NCBI GenBank assembly: GCA_965140415.1
Contig: OZ223209.1
Coordinates: 480,001-544,000, forward strand
Reading direction: 5' to 3'
Origin: Myxococcota bacterium
Lineage (GTDB): Bacteria > Myxococcota_A > SURF-8
DNA length: 64,000 nucleotides
Position numbers and translations under genes: made by a program. Under the pieces are notes generated by a model, which saw only the letters and a list, made by a program, of their open reading frames with translations, did no database searches and was not told the DNA's origin. Shown here piece by piece: positions 1 through 10,026 of the stretch. Numbering within the stretch: the stretch's first letter is position 1; every line of letters begins with the position of its first letter.

Positions 1-89
1 TTAGCGTGAATTTCATCCACCGCAAGGAGTTGGAGGGATTCGATTTCGACAACGATGTGATTATTGCAACCACGCAGATCAGCCTGTGA
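1..89 (+). CDS. 3' end of an upstream gene (partial), possibly an outer-membrane porin C-terminus
   Basis: Frame from base 3 is open from the window edge: SVNFIHRKELEGFDFDNDVIIATTQISL*, stop TGA at 87-89, followed by the next gene's RBS. Alternating terminal beta-strand pattern. Confidence 0.5.
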   Translation, partial: SVNFIHRKELEGFDFDNDVIIATTQISL

Positions 90-115
90 TCTTTCTCAAC
101 AAGGAGTAATTCGTT

Positions 116-1549
116 ATGAAACTGAAATCGTTGCTTCTATTCTCCGCAACGTTCGTGATTTTCACCCTCTATTCAGCAAGTTGCGAAAAATTTGAACCCA
201 GACTCGGCAATATCGATGGCGATGATGACATTGCAATAGACGGTGACGAGGAAACAGAATCCATCACCAGTAAGATCGTCTGGCTCAGTGAACTGGATAC
301 TCCGGTTACGAATGAGGCGCGCCGACCGCGCAATATCCATTTAACCTACCAGCAAGATCCGTCCACCACGATTACGATGCAATGGGCCATCGACGATTCC
401 GACATCGGGGGAAAATACAATCCTCGTATCTGGGTCGTGAAAAAGGAAGATCTGGACGAGGGGGCCGCAGTCCCGATGCCTTTCGCCGTACAATATACCG
501 CCGATGGACAATGTGAACCGTATCGCGAGGAAATTTCCTTTAAAAAGAAGAAGCTTACCTTTAAGGAAGTGGAAGGCGATAACGACGTTTTCGTGTTCTG
601 CGATGCGGAAATCACCGGTCTGGAACCCTACACCGAATATGTTTATCGCGTCGGTGGCTGGGAAGATTTCGATTTCGAAGCCGAAGCATTCGTCAATCCC
701 GATTTGAGCGAGATGCACAGCTTTAAAACGGGTCGCAGTAAAGGCGACTCCGAAGGCTTCACCTTTATCGCAGCCGGAGACAGTCGTGGCGGGTATGCGG
801 GTATTGCAGAGAATATCGACACCATGGTCGCATTGGGAGTGGATTTCTGGGTGTTTAACGGCGACATGAACAGCTATGGAACGCAGGAAGAGTGGAACTC
901 CTGGTTCGAGGCGATGTCACCGGTCGCTCTCAATACACCGATCATGACGGTGCAGGGCAATCACGAAATTTACGCGGACATGTACTATCAGCAATTTTCC
1001 CTGCCGCGTGTCGAAGCGCTGGGGGACTTTGAGGAACATGGCTGGACCTTCGATTACGGTAACACTCGCTTCATCGGCTTGAACTCCAACACGGAAGACG
1101 TAGTCGAAGCGCAAGCCGCCTGGATGGAAAATGAACTCAAAGAAGCCAGCGAAGATGAGGATATCATCTGGAAAGTTGTCATGTTCCACCATCCGGCGTA
1201 CTCGGCCTGCAAGCACGGTTCGACTTCGCGCGTTCAGGACATCTGGCTACCGATATTCGAAAAGTACAACGTAGATCTGACCTTCAGCGGGCACGATCAC
1301 AACTATGAACGCACCTACCCGATTCGCGGCGATCAGGTCGTGGAAGCTGGTGAAGGAGTCGTTCATGTTGTAGCGGGAGGCTTCTTTTCTCCCGGTTACA
1401 GCAACGGTTCCGACTGGTGGACCGCCAGTTCCTCCCATGGCGATTTGAACAACTACGTTGTAATTAGTATCGATGACACCACCTTGACCGCCACTGCTTA
1501 CACCGGTGACGGAGTGGACATCGTAGACGAATTCACCTTGACCAAATAA
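116..1549 (+). CDS. Purple acid phosphatase-like metallophosphoesterase, probable lipoprotein with FN3-like N-terminal domain
   Basis: Motifs GDSRG, FNGD, GNHE, FHHP, SGHDHNYERT. Lipobox-like SAS-C. RBS aaggag upstream. Confidence 0.9.
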   Translation: MKLKSLLLFSATFVIFTLYSASCEKFEPRLGNIDGDDDIAIDGDEETESITSKIVWLSELDTPVTNEARRPRNIHLTYQQDPSTTITMQWAIDDSDIGGKYNPRIWVVKKEDLDEGAAVPMPFAVQYTADGQCEPYREEISFKKKKLTFKEVEGDNDVFVFCDAEITGLEPYTEYVYRVGGWEDFDFEAEAFVNPDLSEMHSFKTGRSKGDSEGFTFIAAGDSRGGYAGIAENIDTMVALGVDFWVFNGDMNSYGTQEEWNSWFEAMSPVALNTPIMTVQGNHEIYADMYYQQFSLPRVEALGDFEEHGWTFDYGNTRFIGLNSNTEDVVEAQAAWMENELKEASEDEDIIWKVVMFHHPAYSACKHGSTSRVQDIWLPIFEKYNVDLTFSGHDHNYERTYPIRGDQVVEAGEGVVHVVAGGFFSPGYSNGSDWWTASSSHGDLNNYVVISIDDTTLTATAYTGDGVDIVDEFTLTK

Positions 1550-1577
1550 GCGCGTTTCAGCACTCGCTGATTATTCG

Positions 1578-1608
1578 GCGCGGCGGAAGATTCCGTCGCG
1601 CTATTTTC
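1578..1608 (+). terminator. Intrinsic terminator
   Basis: gcgcggcggaa-ga-ttccgtcgcgc hairpin followed by tatttt, downstream of the phosphoesterase stop. Confidence 0.65.
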
Positions 1609-1759
1609 GTTTATGTTGAAATTAAGCTCTATGGTGTGCTTTGTTGTAGCATCGTCACCTTTCACTACCCCTTACAGTTGCCCGAAACCTCAAAGGGCGC
1701 TATAGTAGATAAAGAGGTATTAGGGGATCGGCGTTCGTAAATGGCAGGGGTAGATCAGT

Positions 1760-4480
1760 ATGAGATGGAAGCAGTGCTTCACACTCGGTATGGCATGGTT
1801 GCTTGTGCTGTCATGCTTTTTTTTGATAGGCGAGCGACATTCGCTGGCCGCGCCGGGTTCCCAGCAAACGGCGTGGGGCTTGAGCTGGGTGGCGGATTTC
1901 AACAATCTGACTCCCGTGGCCGATCAACCTGCCCTCTACGATCTGATTCTGCTGGAAACCGCTTATTCGGTAGCACGTGACGGCTGGCGGCTGGTGGCGC
2001 TGAATCGTAATGACGGTCAGATTCGCTGGAGCTATCAACCCGGAAAATCCACTCGCAGCAGTAATCTGCTGGCCTATCGAAACGGCATCGCGCTGGCGCT
2101 GAACGATCAGCGAGTCGTCGTGCTCAATCCAAAAACAGGTGAAATCAAAGAACAAATAGAGCTTCCCGAGCGTAACGCAGGTCTGTTGAACCGCTGCGGG
2201 GATAATCTGTGCATGGTAATGGGCGACTTCAAAGCGCCTCACGACAGCGCCATACGCAGCCTGTTTATGCGTTCCTCGCCGCGCAAGGTCTGGGAACCGG
2301 AACTGGCTATTTACAGTCCGGCCAGTAAATCACTGATCAAGCGCTTTCCCTTTCATCGTCATGAAATCCTGCCGGCAGGAATCGCGTTAGAGGGCAATCT
2401 GGTTACGCTGGTTATGCCGGGAGGACCGATTGAAATCTACAATCTGGCCTCCAATTCTTTCATGCCCAGTGGTCGTTATGAAATCATGCGCGCCGATTGG
2501 ATGATCCAGGATAACCGTGTGGTATGGCTGGAAGCGGGCCAGGTTTTCCGCGTCGATCTAAGCAATTCCTCTGTAGCGCTGCCCAGTATGCTTCCCGCAG
2601 GGTCGAGAGAGTTGATTGCGTTACGTTATCCGAACGTGTTTTTCGCCCGACAGCAGAAAGATGGTTATGCGGTCTGGCGGATCGATGTCAAGACCGGAGA
2701 ATCACAACAGATATTTTCCAGCCCGCAATTGTCCGCTCCAACTCATGTGGAACAGGGCAACAGCCTGCTGTTTCTCTCGCGCAACGAAGCGCTGGCCTTC
2801 GACATGCAGAACCAGCAGATTCTGGCGCGTCGCCGCCTGCCCTGGCTGGAAGATACCCTGGCGCGTCCGGTGGCGGTTTCGGCAAACGATGCTCTTGCCG
2901 TAGTGGAGCTGGCGCAAGGCTATCAGATCTTCCGACTGGCCCCCATGGACAAACTTCCGGATTCGGGTCCGCCTCCGACCTTTGGAGAACCGCTGGATGC
3001 AGTCAGTGGCTACAGACTGCTTCAAAATTTGAGCGTCGAGCGACAGTGGGAGGCGGCGCGTACGGCGCTGTCCAATCAAATTCGCAAGCAGGATACCTTT
3101 CCTGCGCGTTGCCATTGCATGGCCGATTACGGCGGGGAGGAAGTCGCCCGGATACGCGCGCACCGCATGCTGCTAAGCCGCAACCGGTATTTCGTACCCT
3201 TGGCGATGGGCGAGTTGGAGCTACTTGAAATGGGGGATGCGTCGCAACTGTTGCAGGATTTGTACTTCGCCACCCAAACCGCGCTGGGGCGCGAACTGGC
3301 GGAATTGAATCCGGCAGCGGAACGCATGGGAAAAAACTGGCCGAAGGACTGGAAACGAGAGGACATTCTGCGTTTCAGTGCCTGGACCCTGCAAAAACTG
3401 GAAGCCTTCGGCTACGAGCAGGTCGCCCCGATTTACCGGAAACAACTGCAAAGCGATAGCTTCGGCTATGCCGAGCAACTCGATTCCTTCCGCTATCTGC
3501 TCGGCCATTACGAGCAGGAAAAGAGCTTATTGAACGACTGGTTTAAGAAACGCTTTCACTGGCAAAACGAGCAGCCGTCACTTGACCGCAGCGTTATCTC
3601 GCCCGATCCGGTACGCTTTCTGGCCACCGCCCGCGATAAACGCCGTGAACTGGGCTTGTTCTTCATGGATTTCCCGGTACGTCACTCCTTGTGGCTGTTC
3701 TTGAAAAAACGTGGAAAATCGAAGGGAAACATCTACTTCACCGGTTATCAGCTTTCTCCCGCGCGCTATCAGTGGCTGATGAAAGAACGGGAGCGACTGG
3801 CCGCGTTGACTCCCAAAAAAGCTGGCAAAAGTACACCGCCCATTAAACTGATTTTAAAAGGAGCCCATGCCATCATCACCTTGAATCGCAGCAAGGGAGA
3901 ACGTTATTTCAAGGTCAAGCTCACAGAAATGACGAGCGATGTGGATCATGACGGCTGGACCGATTTGGAAGAATCGATTATCGGGTTGAACAACAACAAA
4001 GCCGATAGCGATCAAGATGGCATTCCCGATGGTCGGGATGCCAATCCATTGGTGGCATCGCTGGCACAAGAGCGTTTGACCGATGCGCAGCAGATCGCGC
4101 AGGCGGTGATGTTCCATGGTTGTCAGGTAGATCCATTGCCGCCAGAAGATTCCTGGTTGGGTGGAAGACGTTTCCTGCGCAGTATCTGGCTGGATTTCGA
4201 ATCCCTGCCGCCAGTGGAGTTGCCCGGTTGCGGACAGGTATTCATGCCTCCTCGTAAAGGTCTGAAAGCACTGGATATCTGTCGTTTCAAGCCCGTTCTG
4301 GACGACGGTAAAAGCCTGCCGAAATCGCTTACGAAAAAGGGACCGGTGAGTTATTCCGAAGATGGCCAACAGGCCTGGATCGGTTTGCAATGTGGGAATA
4401 AATTCGTTCAGCAACCACAAAAAAACTATAACCTGCAACGTCTGCTTGACCGCTGGATCGTAATCGAACAGTTGCAATAG
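1760..4480 (+). CDS. Secreted protein with PQQ-like beta-propeller N-terminal region and C-terminal TSP3-like Ca-binding motif
   Basis: Signal peptide (..SLA-A), propeller motifs (LVALNRNDGQIRW, VVLNPKTGE, IDVKTGE), DVDHDGWTDLEE..DSDQDGIPDGRDANP. Confidence 0.75.
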   Translation: MRWKQCFTLGMAWLLVLSCFFLIGERHSLAAPGSQQTAWGLSWVADFNNLTPVADQPALYDLILLETAYSVARDGWRLVALNRNDGQIRWSYQPGKSTRSSNLLAYRNGIALALNDQRVVVLNPKTGEIKEQIELPERNAGLLNRCGDNLCMVMGDFKAPHDSAIRSLFMRSSPRKVWEPELAIYSPASKSLIKRFPFHRHEILPAGIALEGNLVTLVMPGGPIEIYNLASNSFMPSGRYEIMRADWMIQDNRVVWLEAGQVFRVDLSNSSVALPSMLPAGSRELIALRYPNVFFARQQKDGYAVWRIDVKTGESQQIFSSPQLSAPTHVEQGNSLLFLSRNEALAFDMQNQQILARRRLPWLEDTLARPVAVSANDALAVVELAQGYQIFRLAPMDKLPDSGPPPTFGEPLDAVSGYRLLQNLSVERQWEAARTALSNQIRKQDTFPARCHCMADYGGEEVARIRAHRMLLSRNRYFVPLAMGELELLEMGDASQLLQDLYFATQTALGRELAELNPAAERMGKNWPKDWKREDILRFSAWTLQKLEAFGYEQVAPIYRKQLQSDSFGYAEQLDSFRYLLGHYEQEKSLLNDWFKKRFHWQNEQPSLDRSVISPDPVRFLATARDKRRELGLFFMDFPVRHSLWLFLKKRGKSKGNIYFTGYQLSPARYQWLMKERERLAALTPKKAGKSTPPIKLILKGAHAIITLNRSKGERYFKVKLTEMTSDVDHDGWTDLEESIIGLNNNKADSDQDGIPDGRDANPLVASLAQERLTDAQQIAQAVMFHGCQVDPLPPEDSWLGGRRFLRSIWLDFESLPPVELPGCGQVFMPPRKGLKALDICRFKPVLDDGKSLPKSLTKKGPVSYSEDGQQAWIGLQCGNKFVQQPQKNYNLQRLLDRWIVIEQLQ

Positions 4481-4521
4481 CTACAAGATCAGGTCATCTG
4501 ACCCTACACCATAAACACAAA

Positions 4522-4549
4522 CGGCGCGAGAGGAGATCCTCCCGCGCCG
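4522..4549. terminator. Terminator hairpin between convergent genes
   Basis: cggcgcgagagga-ga-tcctcccgcgccg, A-rich on the left and T-rich on the right. Confidence 0.6.
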
Positions 4550-4581
4550 CTTCGTTTCTAACTAAACCGTAGGGCGTCGGA

Positions 4582-6444
4582 TTACAGGGTGACGTCCATG
4601 TGGCTGATGTCTTCGCTCATTGCGACCTTGGCCGTACCTTCGGTGCGCGGCAGAATCGTGTTGATGAAGAAGCTGGCGCTCATCAGTTTGCCGTGATAGA
4701 AGGCCGAATCTTCGCTGGAGCGGACGTGTGCCAGAAGCGCCGCATTGTCGGAGGCGTCCACGCCGGCGTCTTTCAGGCGTCCGTTCAATTTGGCATCGGC
4801 TACGATACCGGCACGCAGCAGCTCACCGGCCATGACCACATCGCCCATCAGTTCCAGGAAGGCAGTGGCGCGGCTGGTGGCCAGTTCCAAGCGGCCAGCC
4901 ATACCCCAGCTACCCAGATTCATCGCCACGGAAACCATGCGGTCCTTGGCGGCCAGGAAGGTGTCTACCAAACCCGCCAGCGAGGCGCATTCTTTGGCCT
5001 GTCCGGCGATGGCGTCCAGTTCGGCGACGTAAGACATGAAGACCATGCCCTTTTTCATGCCCAGCTTGCGGCCCATCAGATCCATGGCCTGAATGCTGTT
5101 GGTGCCTTCGTAGATACAACCGATTTTGGAATCGCGCATGTGCTGTTCCACCGGATAATCCGCCGTGTAGCCGTAGCCGCCGTAAACCTGAATCGCCATG
5201 GAGGTCATTTCCACGCCGCGGTCGGTGCAGTAGGCTTTGCAGATCGGGGTCAGCAGTTCCACGAAGCCCTGGTACTTGGCCAGTTCTTCATCGGATTGCG
5301 CGGTGTGAACGCGGTCGTGGCAGTAGGCTGTGAACAGCAGCAGCGAACGCATACCTTCGCCCCAGGCTTTCATGGTCAGCAGTTGACGGCGAACGTCGGG
5401 ATGATCGATGATGGCCACGCGCGGCGCGTCGGGGTTTTTGAATTCCTTGATCGAGGAACCCTGCACACGGTCACGGGAATAGCTCAGCGCGTTCTGATAG
5501 GCGGCGTTGGAGAGCGAGCAGCCCTGCAAACCGACTTCGATACGGGCTTCGTTCATCATGTGGAACATCTGGCGGATGCCGTCGCCTTCGTTGCCCAGCA
5601 GCCAACCGCGGCACTGGCCGTTTTCGCCGAAGGCCAACTGGCAGGTGGCGCTACCCTTGATGCCCATTTTGTGTTCGATGCCCACGCAGGAGACATCGTT
5701 GAATTCGCCGTTGTTGCCGTTTTCGTCGATGCGCAGCTTGGGAACCACGAACAGCGACAGGCCCTTGGTGCCTTTAGGAGCGCCGGGCGTACGAGCCAGC
5801 ACGAGGTGGATGATGTTGTCGGACAGATCGTGATCGCCGCCGGTGATGAAGATCTTGGTGCCTTCGATCATGTAGTAGTCTTCGCCCTCGACCTTTTCGG
5901 CCTTGGTTTTGGCGTTACCCACATCGCTGCCTGCGCCCGGTTCGGTCAGCACCATGGTGCCGCCCCATTCGCCGCTATACAGCTTGGGAATGATCGTTTG
6001 TTTCATGTAGTCGTTGCCGAATTTTTCCAGCACGTGCGCCACGCCGACGGCCAGCAGGGTGTACAGGTAGAAGGAACAGTTGGCGCCGGTGAAGATGTCG
6101 CCCAGTGCGGTGCCCATCGCTGCGGGCAGGCCCTGGCCTTCGTATTCCTGAGCGCCGGTAGCCGCCATCCAGCCGCCTTCGCCGAAGGCTTTCCAGGCTG
6201 CCGGGAAGGGAGCCGGGGTGATGACTTTGCCGTTTTCCAGTTTCGCACCGGTGCGGTCGCCTTCGACGTTGCTGCTTGCCAATTCGCTTTTTGCAAACTT
6301 GACCGCTTCATTGACGATCATTTCGAAATCTTCGCGAGCAAAATCCGTGAACGGTTCTTTGTCGCACAGATCCTGAATTTTCAAAATTTCGAACAGACGA
6401 AAAGCAAGATCTCGTTCGTCGTAAACATAATCGGTAGCAGACAT
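4582..6444 (-). CDS. Acyl-CoA dehydrogenase (long, C-terminal-domain type)
   Basis: GTMVLTEPGAGSDV, GTKIFITGG, EHKMGIKGSAT, MFHMMNEAR, IQVYGGYGY, IYEGTNSIQ. RBS aggag. Confidence 0.95.
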   Translation of the reverse strand: MSATDYVYDERDLAFRLFEILKIQDLCDKEPFTDFAREDFEMIVNEAVKFAKSELASSNVEGDRTGAKLENGKVITPAPFPAAWKAFGEGGWMAATGAQEYEGQGLPAAMGTALGDIFTGANCSFYLYTLLAVGVAHVLEKFGNDYMKQTIIPKLYSGEWGGTMVLTEPGAGSDVGNAKTKAEKVEGEDYYMIEGTKIFITGGDHDLSDNIIHLVLARTPGAPKGTKGLSLFVVPKLRIDENGNNGEFNDVSCVGIEHKMGIKGSATCQLAFGENGQCRGWLLGNEGDGIRQMFHMMNEARIEVGLQGCSLSNAAYQNALSYSRDRVQGSSIKEFKNPDAPRVAIIDHPDVRRQLLTMKAWGEGMRSLLLFTAYCHDRVHTAQSDEELAKYQGFVELLTPICKAYCTDRGVEMTSMAIQVYGGYGYTADYPVEQHMRDSKIGCIYEGTNSIQAMDLMGRKLGMKKGMVFMSYVAELDAIAGQAKECASLAGLVDTFLAAKDRMVSVAMNLGSWGMAGRLELATSRATAFLELMGDVVMAGELLRAGIVADAKLNGRLKDAGVDASDNAALLAHVRSSEDSAFYHGKLMSASFFINTILPRTEGTAKVAMSEDISHMDVTL

Positions 6445-6482
6445 CGTCGACCTCCTGGTTGGGAAACATGAATTTTATTAAA

Positions 6483-6500
6483 TGAATGACCGCTCATTCG
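6483..6500. promoter_or_regulatory. Palindromic operator, TetR/FadR(YsiA)-like box
   Basis: TGAATGA-CCGC-TCATTCG about 40 bp upstream of the acyl-CoA dehydrogenase start. Resembles the B. subtilis FadR box TGAATGAnnnnTCATTCA. Confidence 0.55.
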
Positions 6501-6680
6501 AAAGCCAGCACTACCATTAATCGAATAAACTGGCAACTACTAATCCAATTTTTTACAAAAGGGAGGAGAATCACAAGGATTTGCAAACCTGGCTGATTTC
6601 AGGGCAGGGTGGCGCGGGCCAGGCCGCAGGCTTGCCCGTGCTCAAGAGCAACATGAGCTCCGATTCTCTTGACGGAAAAA

Positions 6681-7877
6681 TCAGCGGGTTTGGTTGCGAT
6701 AGCTTACCACGCGCGGGCATTCAGGATCGGGGGCGCGATCCTCCCCGCAAAGATAGCGCGTCACCGCGCGGCAACCGCCATTGCATAAGTCCAGATAGTC
6801 GCAACTCGCGCAGGGTTCGGGGGCATTGTCACGCCAGTTTCGCAAAGCTTGCAATTCCGGGCTGTCGGTCCAATTTTCGGGCAGCGAACGCGCCTGCACG
6901 CCGAAAGGTTCCAAAAAGCTGCATCCGGCGACTTGTCCATTGGGTTGTACGCCGATCAGATGATTCCCCGCTTCGCAGCCCAATACCCCGAAAAACTCCA
7001 TGGTGTTTCGATCCGGAGCATGACTGGCGATCATGGGCACGAAGGAGCAATCCACCTTGATCGAAACTCCCAATCGTTTGGCAAGCTTGCGAATGGTCGG
7101 GTAAAAGTCTCTGGCCTGTTGCGGCGTAAGCGCGTGTTCTTCGTATTTTGTGCGACCCCTGCCGAAAGGCTTGAAACGCAGCAGTTCCACATCGTGAAGT
7201 TTCAATTTTCGCGCCAACCGGACCATCTCGCCGATGCCGTCATAGCTTCGCCGACTGACTACCATGTTGATGCCGCAGCGCACCCGAGCGGCTCTCAAGC
7301 GCTTTAATGCTGCGATGGCCTGTTCGGGACGGATGCCGCGCCCGGTTACGGATACCGGGCTGAGATCGTCGAGTGAAACGTTGACCTGTCCGAATATGCG
7401 GCAGGCGCGAGCAACTTTTTCCGTAACGAACAAACCGTTGGTCGTCAGATTCGGAACGACGCCACGTGAGCGCGCATAGGCAGCCAACTCGAAAAGATCC
7501 TCGCGCTCCAGCGACTCACCCCCGCCCATCGCCACGTGAAACACGCCGAATTCCGCTAGCTTATCAATCGCTTCCTTCCAGCCCGCCGTGTCCAGCTCAT
7601 CCGCATCCGGCTTGGGGGTCGCCGCCACATAGCAATTTGCGCAACCTGCCGAGCAGCGCCGGGTGACTGTCAGATGGGCTTCGATTGGCGCGCTCAAAAT
7701 CCGACTTTCCGTCTGCCAGAGCGGGTGAGCGGGCAGACCCCAGCGAGTCAGCGCGTCTTTGTCGACGTAGACCAGCATGGGTGGGCGAGTGAAGGCGGCT
7801 ATCGCGCCGAATGGTTCGTAGCGAAGTTTCATGGCGCGAGCATACTCGCCGATCGAGAATGGGTCAATGACTATCAA
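6681..7877 (-). CDS. Radical SAM/SPASM domain protein (PqqE/MftC-like)
   Basis: CSAGCANC (CxxxCxxC), GGGE motif, SPASM cysteines GCEAG..GC..CASCDYLDLCNGGC..DPEC. True start may be the downstream MKLRY. Confidence 0.9.
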   Translation of the reverse strand: MIVIDPFSIGEYARAMKLRYEPFGAIAAFTRPPMLVYVDKDALTRWGLPAHPLWQTESRILSAPIEAHLTVTRRCSAGCANCYVAATPKPDADELDTAGWKEAIDKLAEFGVFHVAMGGGESLEREDLFELAAYARSRGVVPNLTTNGLFVTEKVARACRIFGQVNVSLDDLSPVSVTGRGIRPEQAIAALKRLRAARVRCGINMVVSRRSYDGIGEMVRLARKLKLHDVELLRFKPFGRGRTKYEEHALTPQQARDFYPTIRKLAKRLGVSIKVDCSFVPMIASHAPDRNTMEFFGVLGCEAGNHLIGVQPNGQVAGCSFLEPFGVQARSLPENWTDSPELQALRNWRDNAPEPCASCDYLDLCNGGCRAVTRYLCGEDRAPDPECPRVVSYRNQTR

Positions 7878-7936
7878 GCATTTCCCGAATTTGTCTCCCT
7901 ATGAAAATAAGGAAACCGTTTGGTGCAATTTATTGC

Positions 7937-7964
7937 TTGACGACGAAAAGCAGGAAGCTACAAT
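7937..7964 (+). promoter_or_regulatory. Sigma70-like promoter
   Basis: TTGACG-16 nt-TACAAT upstream of the 8090 gene. Confidence 0.45.
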
Positions 7965-8089
7965 CAATGTAGATCAATTGGCCGCTTTACGTTGAGAATG
8001 GATTTCTTTCCGGAATACCCAAATCGATACGGCCATCGAACGTGTTTGGAATACATCGTTTTTCTGGAACATCACCAAAGGAGATTCGC

Positions 8090-9112
8090 ATGACGATTCG
8101 CTGGATTTCGCTGTTCCTGCTTGCCGCGCTAATGCTTGTACCCGCTGGATTGTACGCGCAAACCGAGGCAGAAGCACTGGCTGCCGATCAGGCGGCGTCC
8201 CCGGAAGCAGAAAGTGGTGCTGAAATTGAAGCCGAGCCGCAAACATCCGCAATCGAACCGGTAAATGACACCGAAACCGACACTACCGAAGCTGAATCAA
8301 GCACCAAAGATCCGGACAAAGTAGAGGCGCAACCGCAAAAGACCGTAAACGACACCGAAACGACCGCAAAAGACACGCAAAATGCGGTACATGATGAAAT
8401 GGAAATCGAAAAAGAGGCCGTCGAAGCCGACACCGAAATACAGCGCGAACAGGCTCAGCAGAACCTCGCCGCTGAAGCCGAAAAAACGGAAATGCCTGTC
8501 GAACCAGAAATGCCTCACGTCAACAAACACGAAGGATTTTTCGTGCGCTTCGGCTTGGGGCTCGGGTTCGGCTATGCGCATGGAATTGGTGAAGCCCGGG
8601 TTCGTCCTTATGAAGACGACTACCGCAGCGACTACTACTATCGCATCGTTCTCGACGATCCGCGCCACGCCGGGTTAACCTCCGGCATGCAACTTGCGCT
8701 GGGGCATAGCCTGAAGGAAAATCTCATCCTGCATTTCGATGCGTCCTTGAACGGTATTCTGTGGGAGAAGAAAGATCCTACCAGCCAGATTTTCCTGTTC
8801 GGGCAGGCAGGAATCGGTGTGACCTATTACTTCATGCCGGATAATGTGTTTGTTTCCGCGTCGTTTGGAGCGGCCTGGATGCTGATGTATCTGGATGATG
8901 AATACAAAGAAAGCCAACGCGCTGACGAAATCGCCGTGGGTCCGGGACTCTCACTGATGGTCGGCAAGGAATGGTGGGTGGCCAAGAATACCGCCGTAGG
9001 CATTGCGTTACAGGCCAATTACAGCTATACGCGCAAAGACCATCCTAGCCGAGAGGATCTGGAATTCCATCAGGTCAGCGGATTGGCGCTGGTAACGGTA
9101 ACTTACAATTAA
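8090..9112 (+). CDS. Outer-membrane beta-barrel protein with acidic low-complexity N-terminal linker
   Basis: RBS aaggag before ATG 8090, signal peptide, HEGFFVRFGLGLG, GVTYYFMPDNV, VGKEWWV, terminal strand VTVTYN. Confidence 0.75.
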   Translation: MTIRWISLFLLAALMLVPAGLYAQTEAEALAADQAASPEAESGAEIEAEPQTSAIEPVNDTETDTTEAESSTKDPDKVEAQPQKTVNDTETTAKDTQNAVHDEMEIEKEAVEADTEIQREQAQQNLAAEAEKTEMPVEPEMPHVNKHEGFFVRFGLGLGFGYAHGIGEARVRPYEDDYRSDYYYRIVLDDPRHAGLTSGMQLALGHSLKENLILHFDASLNGILWEKKDPTSQIFLFGQAGIGVTYYFMPDNVFVSASFGAAWMLMYLDDEYKESQRADEIAVGPGLSLMVGKEWWVAKNTAVGIALQANYSYTRKDHPSREDLEFHQVSGLALVTVTYN

Positions 9113-9178
9113 TGAATGGTGCGCCGCGTTTTTAAAAAGAGCGCCACGCCATCGAATACATCAGGAAGAGGTGAGAAC

Positions 9179-9814
9179 ATGACTCGTTGGATATTGCTAA
9201 TCGTGCTTTCGATTTCAGTTTATTCCTGCGCCCTGGAAGGCAGCGGCATTTACGGCGTGGAACAGCGCGAGGTGGACCCTTTTAGCGAAGTGGAAGTTGA
9301 AGGCTACGACATGGTTCTCGATCTGACGCTGGCGGATGAATTTTCGGTAAAGATCACCGGCGACGACAACCTGCTGGACGATATCAAGGTCGATGTAGAC
9401 GACGACTGCCTGAAGATCGAACAGAAACGCTGGTTGAGCCCGGATCTGCCTTTGGTGGTCTACGTCGAAACCCCGGCGTTAGACAAGCTGGTCAGTTCCG
9501 GCGATGTCAAGTCCTACCTGCGTGAAATCGAAGCGGAAGAATTGCTGTTGAAAGTTCGCGACGACAGCGAAATCGAAGCAGACGGCAAGATAGAGAATCT
9601 TTCGCTGTTGGCCGAGGATTCCGGCGATCTCGACGCGCATCGCCTGGTTGCCACCGAAGCGCATGTGCGCGCCTGGGATTCGGGCGACGTGCGGGTCTGT
9701 GTTAAAGAAGAGTTGACTATCAACGTCAGCGATAACGGCGATGTCTACTACTACTGCGACCCGCAGGAAGTGCTGGCCGAAACCGAAGATTCCGGCGACG
9801 TTCACAAGCGTTAG
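9179..9814 (+). CDS. GIN/DUF2807 (auto-transporter adhesin head-like) lipoprotein
   Basis: Lipobox VYS-C, EGSG..EQREV.PF, ITGDDNLL, repeated DSGD beta-helix motifs. Confidence 0.85.
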   Translation: MTRWILLIVLSISVYSCALEGSGIYGVEQREVDPFSEVEVEGYDMVLDLTLADEFSVKITGDDNLLDDIKVDVDDDCLKIEQKRWLSPDLPLVVYVETPALDKLVSSGDVKSYLREIEAEELLLKVRDDSEIEADGKIENLSLLAEDSGDLDAHRLVATEAHVRAWDSGDVRVCVKEELTINVSDNGDVYYYCDPQEVLAETEDSGDVHKR

Positions 9815-9871
9815 ACTGTTTTAATGACTTTATCAATGCCAACCACGATGTCATTGTCCGCGCAGTCGCGT

Positions 9872-9946
9872 TCGGGCAGATTCTGCCCGACAATTGGATG
9901 TCTACAGTAGATACAGTCCAATGTCGGATTAAATTTTAATCCGACA
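9872..9946. repeat. Cluster of REP-like palindromes
   Basis: tcgggcaga-t-tctgcccga (9872-9890) and tgtcggattaaa-t-tttaatccgaca (9922-9946), both ending in ccgacaat. Confidence 0.6.
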
Positions 9947-9967
9947 ATCTTCTTATTTTCCGCCCAC

Positions 9968-9999
9968 AAAAAAGCCCTCGGGGATTTCCCCGAGGGCTT
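9968..9999 (-). terminator. Intrinsic terminator of the porin gene
   Basis: aaaaaagccctcgggga-tt-tccccgagggctt. U-tract on the minus strand. Confidence 0.85.
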
Positions 10000-10026
10000 C
10001 GTGTTGCTGCATGAAGCAACTTGAAC

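Noticed and set aside
1611-1622. ttatgttgaaat resembling a dif XerD arm
   Set aside because: No matching XerC arm at the correct spacing. It is part of a terminator tail.
4600-6471. 623-aa plus-strand ORF
   Set aside because: Antisense shadow of the acyl-CoA dehydrogenase, with no recognisable motifs. Typical of high-GC codon bias.
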